Below are positions 1 to 11,393 of a DNA stretch of 32,784 nt, piece by piece. Position 1 is the first letter of the stretch. Each line of letters begins with the position of its first letter. A program made the translations under genes and the position numbers. The notes below the pieces were generated by a model. It was not told the origin of the DNA and searched no databases. It saw only the letters and a list, made by a program, of their open reading frames with translations. This DNA is from Stramenopiles sp. TOSAG23-3 (lineage: Eukaryota): assembly GCA_900128585.1 (NCBI GenBank), contig LT642213.1, positions 1-32,784 on the forward strand. The letters run 5' to 3'.

Positions 1-206
1 ATTATTATTATTTTATTTATTGTTATTTTACTTGTTACTAGATTATTTACACTTTTTTGTTTACGACTGTTATAACCGAAGAAAGTATATATATGTATGG
101 AATGTGTAGAACACAGTACAATAGATTTTAAATCGTTTTGCTTAGCTCCAATCAAATATACCATCAACTTTCTTTACGATCGAAAATTAAATTTGTTTGA
201 CTTAGG

Positions 207-893
207 ATGGCATTGCGTACGTACGGCAAGCAGACATTGAACGGCAACTGGACCGAGGAGCGGGCGCCGCCCCTGAAGGGCGTCGTTGCGGACTACGGAG
301 ACCTGGAGTATGGCACGACGTTTGGGTTTGGTTTCAAAAAGCAAAAGAAACAGCGCGCGGTGTGGCAGGCAAACCAGGCCTCTCGCCGCAAACAGTTTGG
401 GTCTGGGATGATCTCGAACCAGACGATCCAACGCCACCAAGGTATTTCACAGGCAACGGACTTGGCAAAGTTCGGTGCAGACGTAGACGCGACGAAGAGT
501 ACGTTTTACGACGAGACGTCGCACGCCGTTGGGTTTGGTAAAGGTGCCAAAGATACGTTTGTAGATAAGAAGTTGCGGAATGGGCGGTTTGCACGCAAGG
601 CAGGCGTCCTGCCACGGAACCCGAAATTTAAAGAAGCAGGCACGGAATTGACTGGCGAGCGATTGGCCACCGGGGCCGACCCCGCCAATAACACCGCCGC
701 CCAGCGCTCCTGGTTGTACAGCGCCGATGGCATGTTCCAAGCGCAGGACATTTTAGCGGCCAATAAATTGAAAGAACAAAAGGAGGAGTACTTTGCGACC
801 CTTCCCATTAAAGACGGGAATATGCCTGCCCCTGGAGGACGAAAGAATGACAATTTAAAGCCAGGATTGAACATTTGGAACAACAACCTATAA
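207..893 (+). CDS. NWE-motif ciliary microtubule inner protein-like (CFAP95/CFAP107/CFAP68-type N-terminus)
   Basis: 228 aa ORF with GC-rich coding bias. The N-terminus YGKQTLNGNWTEER matches the Y-x3-TL-x-GNW-x-EE motif of axonemal NWE proteins. Exact orthologue not assignable. Confidence 0.6.
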   Translation: MALRTYGKQTLNGNWTEERAPPLKGVVADYGDLEYGTTFGFGFKKQKKQRAVWQANQASRRKQFGSGMISNQTIQRHQGISQATDLAKFGADVDATKSTFYDETSHAVGFGKGAKDTFVDKKLRNGRFARKAGVLPRNPKFKEAGTELTGERLATGADPANNTAAQRSWLYSADGMFQAQDILAANKLKEQKEEYFATLPIKDGNMPAPGGRKNDNLKPGLNIWNNNL

Positions 894-1206
894 AAACATT
901 TATCAACCAGTATATGATTATATGAATGATGATATATAAAATAAGAGGGAGCAACAAATAATAAAATAATAATAATTATTGAAGAGAGAAGAAGAGAAGA
1001 GAAGAAGAAATGGAAAGAAGAAATGGAAAGAAGATGATGAATGATGATCGATAGAAAGAAGTAAAAAAAAAGGAAATAAAAAAAAGAAGAAGAAAATAAA
1101 AGAAAGGATTTGTTTCTTTCTTATTATGGTACTGTATAGTTATATAATATATTCATAGGTATATATTTATATTTATATACAAATATTAAGTATAATAATA
1201 TATTTA

Positions 1207-1223
1207 ATGCTGTGTTTATATCC
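1207..1223. promoter_or_regulatory. Recurrent intergenic motif copy (ATGCTGTGTTTATATCC)
   Basis: Same core as the 15158-15474 array unit (reverse complement). Function inferred only. Confidence 0.45.
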
Positions 1224-1780
1224 TTCATTTTTACAATCATCACAACGTCTCTATTCTAGCATCGATTATGACATTCAATGCTATTTCTATATATATTAAA
1301 TTATGACACTTTTTGTTTTTGTTTTTGTTTTTGCCTATACTGTGTCTATGTTATAATTATACCTCGTAACAAAACAAAAAAGAAGAAAGAGCTTCTTCTT
1401 CTTTCCTTCTTCTTTCTTCTACATTCTATAATATTCTAATTAATAAAAATAACAAATCTAATTCCTTCCTTCCTCTTGTTCCTCTTCTTCTTTCTTCTTC
1501 TTCTTGTTCCTCTTCTTTTCTTCTCTCTTATAATATTATTTTATTTATATAATAAAAACTACAGTAATTAATTATATTATTTAAATTATTATGCTACTTT
1601 GCATTTTGTACATTCAGATGAGAAAGAATAGAAAGTGAAAGAAATACGAATGCAGAAAAGAGATAATTAGGTTTGGTGCTTGCGACAAATAGAGTGTTGC
1701 TCTTGTTCCTGTTTTTTGTTGTTGTTGCATACCGCTGCTGCTGCTGCTGCTGCTGCTACTACTACCGGCGGGCGTACATA

Positions 1781-2749
1781 ATGGTGTCGTGTTGGGGTCG
1801 TCGTTTTGGAAAGGCGTCCTGGCTGCTGGTGCTCGCGCTAGTTTTTTCTTTCAGTCTGTGTAAAGACGAGCTTTTGGTTCGCGCGTCGGCAGGGGACGTT
1901 TATAGAAAGGTAAAGGAGGATGTGGCGTTTGTGGAAGCGAACGCTTTATCGGGTGGGGCGATTAACGAAGGGTGCGAGTGGACGGATCCCACGACCAGGA
2001 AGCACTACGATATATCATCGCTGACGAAGACGGTCGTTGGGGACGAGTACGTTTTTAAGCAGGGGGACTGGGCCTTCAAGGCCAACATCTGCGGCCGGGC
2101 CACGAGCAAGTGCAACTTGCCCACGATTCCGCCCGGATCCACCCCCGTGGCGTTCCAGTACCAGAGCAGCGCCACCCTTGGGGACGTGTGCACCGCGTCG
2201 TTGGGGGATTTAATGTCGGCCCCCGTATGGTCGACGTTTAAAAATCAGAACGGAAAGTTTGGGTTTCAGATCACGTACACGGGGGGGAGCGGTGGGTGCC
2301 GCCCTCCCGCCCCGCCGACTCGGAGCGTTACCTACAAGTTTACTTGCGACCGTTCCCAGCGCGGGACGGCCCAGTTGGTGTTCGCCGAGGAGAGCTCCGC
2401 GTGCTCGTACACGCTAGAGTTCAAGACGGGCCTTGCGTGCCGCGGCCACCGGAGGTTTAGTGCCACCGGATTTTTGCTGTTCCTGTTTCTGTTCTCGGCG
2501 TTCATTTATTGTTTTATTGAAGTGACGGATAACATTCAGAAAGGGGCCCAAGGGATGGAGCTGATACCCCACCGGGACCTGATCGTAAACTATTTCGAGC
2601 TGGTGCAAGATGGCTGCTACTTTACGAAAGAGCTCTTGGGGCGACTCTGGTCCAGCGGGCGCAGCGGCTACTCGTCCATCCCGCAGAGGGACCAGGGCAG
2701 CGTCTCGCGGGGCACGGGCGGTCCCGTTGCGACGAACCACCACCGCTAG
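1781..2749 (+). CDS. Mannose-6-phosphate receptor homology (MRH) type I membrane protein, CD-MPR/ATG27-like
   Basis: ATG at 1781 gives a signal-like segment (WLLVLALVFSFSLC). MRH Cys pattern (C..YDISSL; NICG; YTGG..C..RSVTYKFTCD; CSYTLEFKTGLAC), then a TM helix and a GMELIPH..LVQDG tail typical of CD-MPR/ATG27. Confidence 0.8.
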   Translation: MVSCWGRRFGKASWLLVLALVFSFSLCKDELLVRASAGDVYRKVKEDVAFVEANALSGGAINEGCEWTDPTTRKHYDISSLTKTVVGDEYVFKQGDWAFKANICGRATSKCNLPTIPPGSTPVAFQYQSSATLGDVCTASLGDLMSAPVWSTFKNQNGKFGFQITYTGGSGGCRPPAPPTRSVTYKFTCDRSQRGTAQLVFAEESSACSYTLEFKTGLACRGHRRFSATGFLLFLFLFSAFIYCFIEVTDNIQKGAQGMELIPHRDLIVNYFELVQDGCYFTKELLGRLWSSGRSGYSSIPQRDQGSVSRGTGGPVATNHHR

Positions 2750-2905
2750 GAGTAGCGTGGGGATGGTAGGATTCGGTTGTGTGGGGCAGTCGTCGCACGC
2801 ACGCGGGCTCCTTTATGGTGCGGAGTACGTGTAATGCGTTGTAAATTTTTTAGACTATTTTATCGACATACATATTTTAAACTCTCGACGCCTCCCTCGC
2901 TTCAT

Positions 2906-3799
2906 TTACACGACGAACGCCACAACGACCGTGGAGTCGTCGATTTTCCCCCCGCTGTATTCGTACCCAAACGACTTGGCGCTGTGGCTGAACGGCCCGT
3001 GGCGGTTGGGGTCTAGGCCGTACACCTGGGACAAAACGCAGATCTCGTTGGCGGCCTCCTGGAGCAGCGCCTCCGTCCCTTCCTCGCCGTGCCCGGCATC
3101 CTTCCCCAACGCGTTGTTTAGCTCCCGCTCTACGTCCTCGTCGAACAAGTTGTCGAAAACGCCGTCGGTGGCCGCGACGACCACGTCCCCCGAGGCAACG
3201 TCCAGCTCGACGTGGTCCGCTTTCTCTGGCCCGTCGTTGCTGTTCGTACCGATTTGAAATGGACAATTGAAAAAATGGGTCTGGTCGTCCGTCCGGAACA
3301 CAATCTTGTATTCCTCCGACGCGTCCCCAGGCTCCCCGCCGCGCCTAAAAACCGCAAACCCCGAGTCTCCCAAATTGCACCCCGTCAATTTACCCTTCTG
3401 CACGCTGAGCACGCAGATCGTGCTCGTTCCTATGGCTTCGACGTTTTTGTACGCGTGCTCCATCACGGCGTACGGGTCGACGTCGGACGTCTCCGAGACG
3501 TAGTTGCCGACCAGCTCCATCAACTCCCTCGAGAACAGTCCCGAGTCGACGCCCATGTCCTTCCAACCCCCAACTCCGTCGGCAACGGCAACCAGACGCT
3601 TGCACTCGGACGTGTAGTGAGCATCCTCCCCGCCAGTGGCCACTTTCTCGGGGTGGGGAAGGTACGCGGCCCCCAAAAGAAACCTTGAGCTGGCTCCGGG
3701 GGAGGACGCACCCGAAGAGGACGTGAACGGACGAAAACTTCTTACGCAAACGGCGGTACCCTTTGGACGCGCATGTCGCAACAACTTGGTGAAAAGCAT
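2906..3799 (-). CDS. PPTC7: PP2C-family protein phosphatase, PTC7 homolog, probable mitochondrial presequence
   Basis: Motifs GGEDA, AVADGVGGW, NLGDSGF, HFFNCPFQIG, ATDGVFDNLF, GGKIDDSTVV. The likely start MLFTKLLRHARP is Arg/Ser-rich. Confidence 0.9.
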   Translation of the reverse strand: MLFTKLLRHARPKGTAVCVRSFRPFTSSSGASSPGASSRFLLGAAYLPHPEKVATGGEDAHYTSECKRLVAVADGVGGWKDMGVDSGLFSRELMELVGNYVSETSDVDPYAVMEHAYKNVEAIGTSTICVLSVQKGKLTGCNLGDSGFAVFRRGGEPGDASEEYKIVFRTDDQTHFFNCPFQIGTNSNDGPEKADHVELDVASGDVVVAATDGVFDNLFDEDVERELNNALGKDAGHGEEGTEALLQEAANEICVLSQVYGLDPNRHGPFSHSAKSFGYEYSGGKIDDSTVVVAFVV

Positions 3800-4392
3800 A
3801 TTGTAAAACGAATACGCACACAGAGAGAGAGACAGAGAGATACCTGATCCGATGGATTTCACCTTTTGAATAAATCGTCGTAAGGAAACAAATGGAATAG
3901 TTAGGTAATTATGAAAACAAGCAATTGTGTTGTATCTTAATATATATTATAGTCTCCTCAAGATAGAAGATAGAAGAAAGAAAGAAAGAAGGAAGAAGAA
4001 AGAAGGAAGGAAGGAAAAGAGGAAGAAGAATCAATAATTTATTAGTATAGTAATAAATAATAATATTTTATATTTTTATTTACCGTCGGACGGACCCCAT
4101 ACTGTACCTACCGTATTAATAATATACCTGTACCGGTTATATAGTATTTATAATACACTTCTTCTTTCTTCTTTATATCTATAATACATGTCATAGCATA
4201 TAGAATATGGAAGAAGAAAAAAAGGAAGAACGAATGAAATAATAATAACATATAAAATAATATATAATATTTATTTTTAAATTGAATGCTGTGCCAATGT
4301 TATTAATAAAATATACATTATTATAATAATAAAGATCGATTTTTTTGTTTTAATTAACTTTTTTCTTTCTTCGATCTTTCTTCGATTTTTTA

Positions 4393-4409
4393 ATGCTGTG
4401 TATATGTTA
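4393..4409. promoter_or_regulatory. Recurrent intergenic motif copy (ATGCTGTGTATATGTTA)
   Basis: 15/17 identical to the reverse complement of the array core; a second copy lies at 4286-4302. Confidence 0.5.
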
Positions 4410-4581
4410 TTTCTGTTATAGAATTTGTCTTTGAAGAAGATGGATCCAAAATAAAATAATAAAAAATTATATACAAAAAAAAACCTTCCTCCCGCCGCCC
4501 CTCATATTATTCAATGGACGATCTTTCTTCATAATTGTGCTACACCATCCACAGTTATGATAAATATTATAGGAACCGAAG

Positions 4582-5397
4582 TTAATAAATATCAGTATTA
4601 GAATATCTTATTGCTTTTTTACCTAAATGATTTCGTAAACTTACACGCAAACAATTTTGAATGAAAGGGAAAGTACAATAAGCAACGGCCGGTTGTTGAT
4701 ACGCGTCAGGGGGCTGTTGGTAATTCTGTGGGGCAGGTTGGTATGGATGGCTGGTTGCTGTGCCCATGAATGGTGCGCCTAGGATTGGCGTGATGAAAGT
4801 TTGGTTTTCCGATAGTTCTTTGCCGTAAGTGCAACTTGCACAGGACAGTAAGAATGTTACTATGCCAATCGCAATGCCACCGTAGAGGTAGACGGAAACG
4901 CCATTAAATGCAGCCGTTACGTTATCGCACGTCGGTGGTCCGCCGTTGATGACGATCGTTGTTCCTTCTGGGACAGCCACGCATTGGTTTGTCTTTGGAT
5001 CGTACAACGGGGAGGCTGGGGTGGTGCATGCACAATGAATATTCCCGTGTTCTAAAGTATTAATCGTAGGAAGCAAATAACACACGAACCCTACAGCAAA
5101 CAACGACAAAACGGCTTGGCAGGCGTTGCAGCCCCAGAACCACTTGAGGAGATCACGTCTGCGCTGTTTCGCGCCGTAATATCCGCAAGCGGGGACTAGG
5201 AGGCCTAAACCAATTTGGACAAACCCCGAATAGTCGTTTCTGTTCGGCTGCAATTGATGGATTGGGGACATCATGTTAATTACACTACTAACGATGACCA
5301 AGACCGCTGCGATCGTCGACAAGCGAATGACTTTTCGAACTAAGACGGCAGACCTTGGGTCTTCGACTACAATTCCATAAATAACTGCACCTTGCAT
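4582..5397 (-). CDS. Four-TM tetraspanin-like membrane protein with Pro/Gln/Tyr-rich tail
   Basis: Four hydrophobic segments, CGYYGA-x6-LL after TM2 and a Cys-containing loop between TM3 and TM4. The 3' end after ..PAVAY turns AT-rich and may include a short GT..AG intron, so the true C-terminus is uncertain. Confidence 0.55.
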   Translation of the reverse strand: MQGAVIYGIVVEDPRSAVLVRKVIRLSTIAAVLVIVSSVINMMSPIHQLQPNRNDYSGFVQIGLGLLVPACGYYGAKQRRRDLLKWFWGCNACQAVLSLFAVGFVCYLLPTINTLEHGNIHCACTTPASPLYDPKTNQCVAVPEGTTIVINGGPPTCDNVTAAFNGVSVYLYGGIAIGIVTFLLSCASCTYGKELSENQTFITPILGAPFMGTATSHPYQPAPQNYQQPPDAYQQPAVAYCTFPFIQNCLRVSLRNHLGKKAIRYSNTDIY

Positions 5398-5674
5398 GGT
5401 TTTCAAAGTAAATCAAATGAATAAAAGATTAAAATTCTGAGGTTATCGTTTAAATTATTATTCCAACATTACGAATTTCTTGACAACGTTTAAAGTTCAT
5501 TCTTTAATGTACACACGAGACACGAGGAAGGGAAAGAAACGAAATGTTGTTAGTTAGTTAAAACATAAATTAAATAGTTTCGAGTGTGGCGTGGGGGGGG
5601 GGTGGATGGTGTGACTCTCTCCTCCTCAATCTCTCCTCATTAAAATTACATTTCCTATAACCATATAAACTTAA

Positions 5675-5865
5675 GGATATGTGTTTTTAGGGATAACGAT
5701 ATGATACCCGTTGTAATGATAAGGCAATGTGTATGTAGGGATTTAGATGAAATTAATTATTGATATTTAATAATAACTAAATAGAAGCAAACAATATATT
5801 CGAGAAGCGATAAAGTATACCTCCAGAAAGGACACAATATATATAATACAAATATACAAATATCC
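5675..5865 (+). mobile_element. Putative non-autonomous DNA transposon (MITE) copy A, TTAA-flanked, GG..CC termini (Kolobok-like)
   Basis: TTAA(5671-5674)|GGATAT ... ATATCC|TTAA(5866-5869). The internal sequence aligns with the reverse complement of 11208-11393. Confidence 0.6.
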
Positions 5866-5920
5866 TTAATCATGATTTATTTTGGCCTGTTTTTTTCACA
5901 CTTCAACATTTTTTTATTTT

Positions 5921-6129
5921 CTTTCTTCTTCTTCTTTCTTTTCCTCTTATTCTTCTTCTTCTTCTTCCTTCTCTCTCTTCTTCTTCTTCTTCTTCTTCTT
6001 CTTCTTCTTCTTCTTCTTCTTCTTCTTCTTCTTCTTCTTCTTCTTCTTCTTCTTCTTCTTCTTTTTCTTTCTTCTTCTTTCTTCCTTCTCTCTCTTCTTC
6101 TTCTTCCTTCTTCTTCTTCTTCTTTCTTC
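5921..6129. repeat. (CTT/GAA)n microsatellite
   Basis: Near-perfect CTT run from about 5977 to 6061 with degenerate flanks. Confidence 0.95.
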
Positions 6130-6194
6130 AATATTTAATCGGAGAGAGAGACAAGAAGAAGAAGAGGGGAAATTAATTTAAAATAATAATAAAT

Positions 6195-6211
6195 ATATAT
6201 AAACACAGCAT
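6195..6211. promoter_or_regulatory. Recurrent intergenic motif copy (ATATATAAACACAGCAT)
   Basis: Its reverse complement matches the 1207 copy over 15 bp. Confidence 0.45.
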
Positions 6212-6270
6212 CAAGTAGTGTACTCCAAAAACAATTCTTTTTTACTTTCCTCTACACTTCCTTCTTTATT

Positions 6271-6303
<33 letters not shown>

Positions 6304-6530
6304 TATTATTAATTATAATAATATTGATTTTGATGGGACCTTTTTTTTTGAATCAAATAATAATCCTCACAACTAAAAACAAAAATTAAAACGCACAACA
6401 AATAAAAAACAATATATATATATAGAAAAAGAAACAATCAGTGAAATGATACGATTGTTGGCAGTATTCATTTTTCTCTCTATTGTATAGACCGGATACG
6501 TAGAAGAGAACTGCATCGGGTAACAATAGC

Positions 6531-8640
6531 ATGCAGCATTTATTGAAACAGGACTACGAATCAGCGATGGAAGCGTTTGGGGAAGGTGGGTTCTTTGTGA
6601 CCGAGGATGGGGTCACCGTGAAGAACCTTTGCCTTCAGACCAAAACGGAACACGTGCAAAATTTAAAGTCCAAGTTTTACCGGTGGACATTTCAAATTGT
6701 GCGCCCGGCAAGCGACCTTTCTTACGACATTCACCTGAATTTTCACAACCGCCACCCGTGGACTCACCCTACCGTAGTGGTCCCCCACACAGAAAACAAC
6801 AGGGCGAACCCGCCCCTGTTTTTCCCCAGTATAGCTGCACGAGTATTCGCGTTCCACCACGAAAAACTGTTGGACAACTGGAACCCCACCAAGATGACTG
6901 GCATTGAAATCATAAAGTTGGTAGCGAAATTGTGCTTGCGCAAGATGCGCGACCCCCCCCAAGTCGTTCAAAGTCAATCTAGGCCCGGTAAACATGCACC
7001 ACATACTGACCCACTTAACTCTGAAGGACGGCCTGTTGCTCAGGACCGTGTGCAAACACTTTAGGGATGCTGCAGACAGCGAGGCGTATTTTCTCGAACT
7101 GTTCCGGCGCTCCTCGCTGTGGACAAACAGGAGCGTTGAGTTACAAGCTGCTTTAGCGCCCGTTCGATCACTTACCGGGAAAATTTGGTCATGGGCCGAC
7201 TTGCATTTGGCCTACCGCCGGATGTACGAGTGCCACGCCGTCAACTTCAAGCAAGGGTTGCTGAAAACTTACCAGCAAACATTACACGATATGGAGGAAG
7301 ACGCGATGCCAAATTATGAAGATGACCGGAGCCGTGCGCGAGAGTGGGAACGCGCTACGGCGGAGGTCAGGAGGGAGAGGGAGGGTGAAACCAGTGAACT
7401 CTGGAGGTTGGCCGCAGGGGGGGTAGCGGGGACCGGGAGGATGGCGGGCCTACCGGAGGAGGAGGCCCGAGATCGGGGTATCTTAGAAGGTTATCGCAGA
7501 AGGCTGCGACGACGGGGGGGGAGGCGGCATAGAAGGCGGGAAAATGGCCAGAGTGCGCTTTTAAAGCGATTGGAGGAAGGGCACGTGTCATTGTTCCAAA
7601 GCTACCGTGACGACCAGGAAAGTGTTATCGAAACGTTCGATGCGGAGGTCTTGGGGGCGTTCTTCAAGTTGTTCCATGATAATTCAGCGCAAGTAATCGG
7701 ATGGAACAACCGACATGTACGCAACGGCAACCTTTTGGACGTATACGATGCCACTGACGACCTATGGCGAGTTGGAAAAGTGGAAATGGGCGGTGGCGAA
7801 TCGAATATCATTTCGCTGTGCGGCTATGCACGCGTTCACGACATTGCGCTGCCAGGGCACTCATCCAGACTGCGACCGTACCGATGGATTTCCCGTGTTC
7901 CGGTGTACAAAGCTCCGAAATTGAGCCATGTTTCTTCGTGTGTCCCCATCGATGCGTCGAAAAAGATCACCGTTTTAATCATGAGCCCTCTGTTTTCCAA
8001 TGTGAAGTTTAAAGTGCCGGAAAGCACCAAACTGGTGGACGTTCTGCAAGAGTACTATCGGGTCAGTGAGTGCTATGACTTGGTCACTCGGTGCACCGAC
8101 GTAAAGAACATTTTGTATGCGCCGCTGTATGAGCCCAGGCCCGCTGCTCCTGACCCTGATTCGGCACGCCTGTCGGATCACGACGAAGAACGGCGCGATG
8201 GTCGACGACCGAGAGAGCGCCGCCTAGTGATGAGGGATGTTTCGGAATACCTGTTTTTACAGGTAGATGCATTGCTGTTCAATGCCCGTGCTACCGTGAA
8301 GGACGTTGATGTGGTGCTGCTAAGTGCAGCCACTCAGAGGAACAGGCATTTGCGGGCAAAGGAAAAAATGCTAAAGCGGGCCAGAGTGAGCTTCCGGGTG
8401 GTTGTTTTTCAAATCATCGCGCTTCGGCACATGTTGAAACTGTACTACAGTATCCTCAAACGTAGGAGCGGAAAATCACGAAAAATCGTAATTTTTCGTA
8501 GCTCTTTGGTCGGGGCAAGAAAATGTTTGAAATTTCGGCTTGGAACAATTAGGATGATGGACTTTCCGTGGGAACACTCCTCTCGCGAAGTTACTGCCGG
8601 ACGAAAATTAGAAAAGGAAAAAGAGGCAGAGTCGTTATGA
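6531..8640 (+). CDS. Multidomain ubiquitin-system protein: UBC/UEV-like + F-box + Tudor/MBT-like + SUMO/Ubl-like; apparent +1 frameshift at C8 (6953-6960)
   Basis: ORF 6531-7064 has an E2-like fold pattern (W..I..P..Y.I.L.F...HP...P.V; LFFPSI..LLDNWNP) without the catalytic Cys. ORF 6994-8640 starts with an F-box-like HILTHLTLKDGLLLRTVCKHFR. Removing one C joins them as ..RDPPKSFKVNLGPVNMHH.. Confidence 0.6.
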
Positions 8641-9015
8641 GTACAATGTGCGACGAAGAGCGCATGTGCTTTATCCTAAAAGTTCCAAGTACGGTACGTC
8701 ATCCGAATGAAGAGTTTGCATATCATAATATAAAAACTATTGGCCGATATGCAAAGTGATTAAAATTTACCTTCCTTCATATACTGCGAATTTATCTCTG
8801 CTCCTGAGATTTTGCTATGTAATCAATAATATCCTACCCTTGTCACTTAGTCTTCATTCTCATGTGTAAGAATTTATGTTAATAAAGCATTAGTTTCTGT
8901 TTAGTATAATTCTTAGTTCTCGCCCCTTTTCTTTCCCTCTTCATCTCTTCGCTCTTTTTCATTCTCGTTTTTGTGCCATTGAGTTTTCATTTAATAAATC
9001 TTTTAGAAAAAAACT

Positions 9016-10215
9016 TCAGTCGCTGTCGCTGCCTTCGTCACTACTTGAATCCATTTTGATGGAATAACTCTTCATCGTTATTTGTCCACCCTTGTACGAT
9101 CCGCGCTTTTTCTTCGTCTTTTCGTGCCTGAAATCCTTTCCTCGCACTTGTACCAAAATGTTCGAGGCTCCTGCACCCCAGCCAGTTCCACCAAACGTTC
9201 CTTCGTAGGTGTTGTCGAGCAAACGCGTGTCCTTGATTTTGGACATATGGTGCCAACTCCCGTCGTCGTTTTTCTTGATACGGCAGAACCTGTCCTCTGG
9301 TCGGTTCGACGTCCTTGGAGTGCCCCCTGCCGGCGGTTTCGCCGCTTCGTCTTCGGAGCTCGAGTCCTCGTCGCTGCTCGAGTCTTCATCGGAGCTGCTT
9401 GCGTTGGCTTTTACCTTGGCAACCACGACGGTGGGCTTTGCCGCGCCTTCGTCCTCGCTACTACTGCCCTCACTGCTGCTACTACCACTTTCGGCGGCCT
9501 TTGCCCGTTTCGCTGCAGGAGCCATGCTTTCTTTATTATTATCTAGTTTTCTTTTGCTTGATGCGCTAGTGCCGGCTTTGCTTTCTTCCTCGTCTTCTGA
9601 TGAGGAAGAGGACGAGCTGCTCGAGGAATCGCCCGCTCTGGCAGCCGCTTTTGGCACAGGAGCACTTGGTGCTGTCGTGGTCGTTGCCACGCGGGCGACG
9701 GGATTCTTGGCAGCAGGGGCGTCCGCTTCCGACTCCGATGAGGAAGAGTCGCTGCTGGAGTCGCTGCTGGAGGCCTGCTTTGCCACAACTGGGGCGGCGG
9801 CCTTGGCAGGGGGGGCGGGAGCCTCGTCTTCCGAGTCCGACGAGTCGCTGCTGCTGCTGTCACTGCTGGACGCTGCTTTCTTGGGCCCTGCTTTCATGGG
9901 CGCAGCGGCCGGGGCGGCGGATGTTAGCGTGGGACCGTTTTGGAAGAGTTTGATGCCTTCCTCTTCGCTGTCACTGTCGCTGTCGCTGCTGCTCTCGCTC
10001 TCACTGTCTGCATCCGCGTTGGCTAGGCTATTACTTTTCTTTGCCGACGGCAACTCTTTCAAGGAAAACAGTCCTTTCGATATCTTTTTGAACTCGTCCA
10101 CATTTTCTTTCGATTCTTTCAAAAATGATTTTGCCGTCTTGGAGAATTTTTGCGCGGCAAGGTAGTCGTACACGATCGCACGGAGCTCTTTCGTTTCAAC
10201 TGAAGAAAGGGACAT
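9016..10215 (-). CDS. NOLC1: Nucleolar phosphoprotein SRP40/NOLC1 (Nopp140) homolog
   Basis: N-terminal LisH-like (IVYDYL..KFSKTAKSF), alternating acidic-Ser and Lys/Ala/Pro blocks, and a C-terminal SRP40_C motif WG..A..IL.QVRGKDFRHEKTKKKRGSYKGGQI. Confidence 0.92.
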   Translation of the reverse strand: MSLSSVETKELRAIVYDYLAAQKFSKTAKSFLKESKENVDEFKKISKGLFSLKELPSAKKSNSLANADADSESESSSDSDSDSEEEGIKLFQNGPTLTSAAPAAAPMKAGPKKAASSSDSSSSDSSDSEDEAPAPPAKAAAPVVAKQASSSDSSSDSSSSESEADAPAAKNPVARVATTTTAPSAPVPKAAARAGDSSSSSSSSSSEDEEESKAGTSASSKRKLDNNKESMAPAAKRAKAAESGSSSSEGSSSEDEGAAKPTVVVAKVKANASSSDEDSSSDEDSSSEDEAAKPPAGGTPRTSNRPEDRFCRIKKNDDGSWHHMSKIKDTRLLDNTYEGTFGGTGWGAGASNILVQVRGKDFRHEKTKKKRGSYKGGQITMKSYSIKMDSSSDEGSDSD

Positions 10216-10490
10216 TATATATATATACGCTGCCGATTTGGGGTGTTCAGATATATGACGGTATATTGTTTAACTATGCTCGTTGTTTTCTGCTCTACCT
10301 GTTTGTTTACTGTTAGCCTATCCTTGTTTAAAAATGTATGTGTGCTATATTTAAACAATGCTTACCTTCTTGTGGTAATTTGATTGACTTTCTACTACTA
10401 CCACGTATACTTTTTTTTAAATAATAAAAATATAACACATATTTTATTTATTATTATATATTTATTATTTTTTTTATAAAAAAAAAAATA

Positions 10491-10670
10491 CTTTTCTTCT
10501 TTCTTCTTCTTCTTCTTCTTTCTTCTTCTTCTTCTTCTTCTTCTTTCTTCTTCTTCTTCTTTCTTCTTCTTCTTTCTTCTTCTTCTTTCTTCTTCTTCTT
10601 CTTCTTTCTTCTTCTTCTTCTTCTTCTTCTTCTTCTTCTTTCTTCTTCTTCTTCTTTCTTCTTCTTTCTT
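10491..10670. repeat. (TTC)n-rich pyrimidine tract
   Basis: Direct reading: long TTC/TTTC run. Confidence 0.95.
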
Positions 10671-10899
10671 TTTTGTTTTTTATTATTTTTTCTTATTATT
10701 ATATAGTTCAACAACTGATGCGCCATCACCACATCACAGGATCACAGGCCACATTACACCTTGTATATTTTATATAGAAATAGCATAGGTATACATTCAG
10801 CAGAGGTTTCTATCCACAATTAAATATAGTACCTGCTATATCTATATTAAAATTATTCAGAACAGTCAATGAGATGGAGAAAAACAGAAGGAAATAAAA

Positions 10900-11097
10900 T
10901 GTGCGAAGAAGAAAAAAGAAAGAAGAAGAAGCGAAGAAAGAAGCGAAGAGAAGAGAAAGAAAGAAGCGAAGAAAGAAAGAGTCGAAAGAAAGAAAGAAGA
11001 AGCGAAGAAAGAAAGAAAAGAAGAAACAAAGAAAGAAACAAAGAAACAAAGAAACAAAGAAAGAAAGAAAGAAAGAAACAAAGAGAAGAAGAAGAAT
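10900..11097. repeat. GAA/GAAA-rich purine tract
   Basis: Direct reading: GAAGAA, GAAA and AAAGAAAC units. Confidence 0.9.
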
Positions 11098-11207
11098 AAA
11101 ATATATTTTTTTTGATCTTCTTCTATCTATTTTCTCTTTTTTTCTCTTCTTCTTCTTCTCGATATTAAAATTGAATTGATGAACGTAAACAATCCAGATA
11201 CAATTAA

Positions 11208-11393
11208 GGATATATATATTATTATAATGATCAATGCTGTATAGATATATAAGAGGTATATTTTATCACTTTTTTTAATTCTATTTCTTTATTCTTAAAT
11301 ATCATTTATAATAAATCATCTAAATACTTATATCTACAATGGCTTTATCTATTCCAAATGGTCTTTCATAGTTATCTCTATAAACATATATCC
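11208..11393 (-). mobile_element. Putative MITE copy B (same family as 5675-5865, opposite orientation)
   Basis: TTAA(11204-11207)|GGATATAT ... ATATATCC|TTAA(11394-11397). The reverse complement begins GGATATATGTTTATAGAGATAAC versus copy A GGATATGTGTTTTTAGGGATAAC (20/23 identical). Confidence 0.6.

Noticed and set aside
1673-1780. N-terminal extensions from non-ATG or upstream starts in the ORF track (also 3800-3862, 15932-15961, 24219-24365, 29729-29857)
   Set aside because: They cross low-complexity or AT-rich leader sequence; the downstream ATGs give proper signal or targeting peptides or domain starts.
5872-6181. Poly-Leu/Phe/Arg/Glu ORFs here and at 10454-11179, 14634-15065, 21428-21698, 23720-24192 and 28779-29222
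   Set aside because: Translations of GAA/TTC microsatellites with no coding bias.
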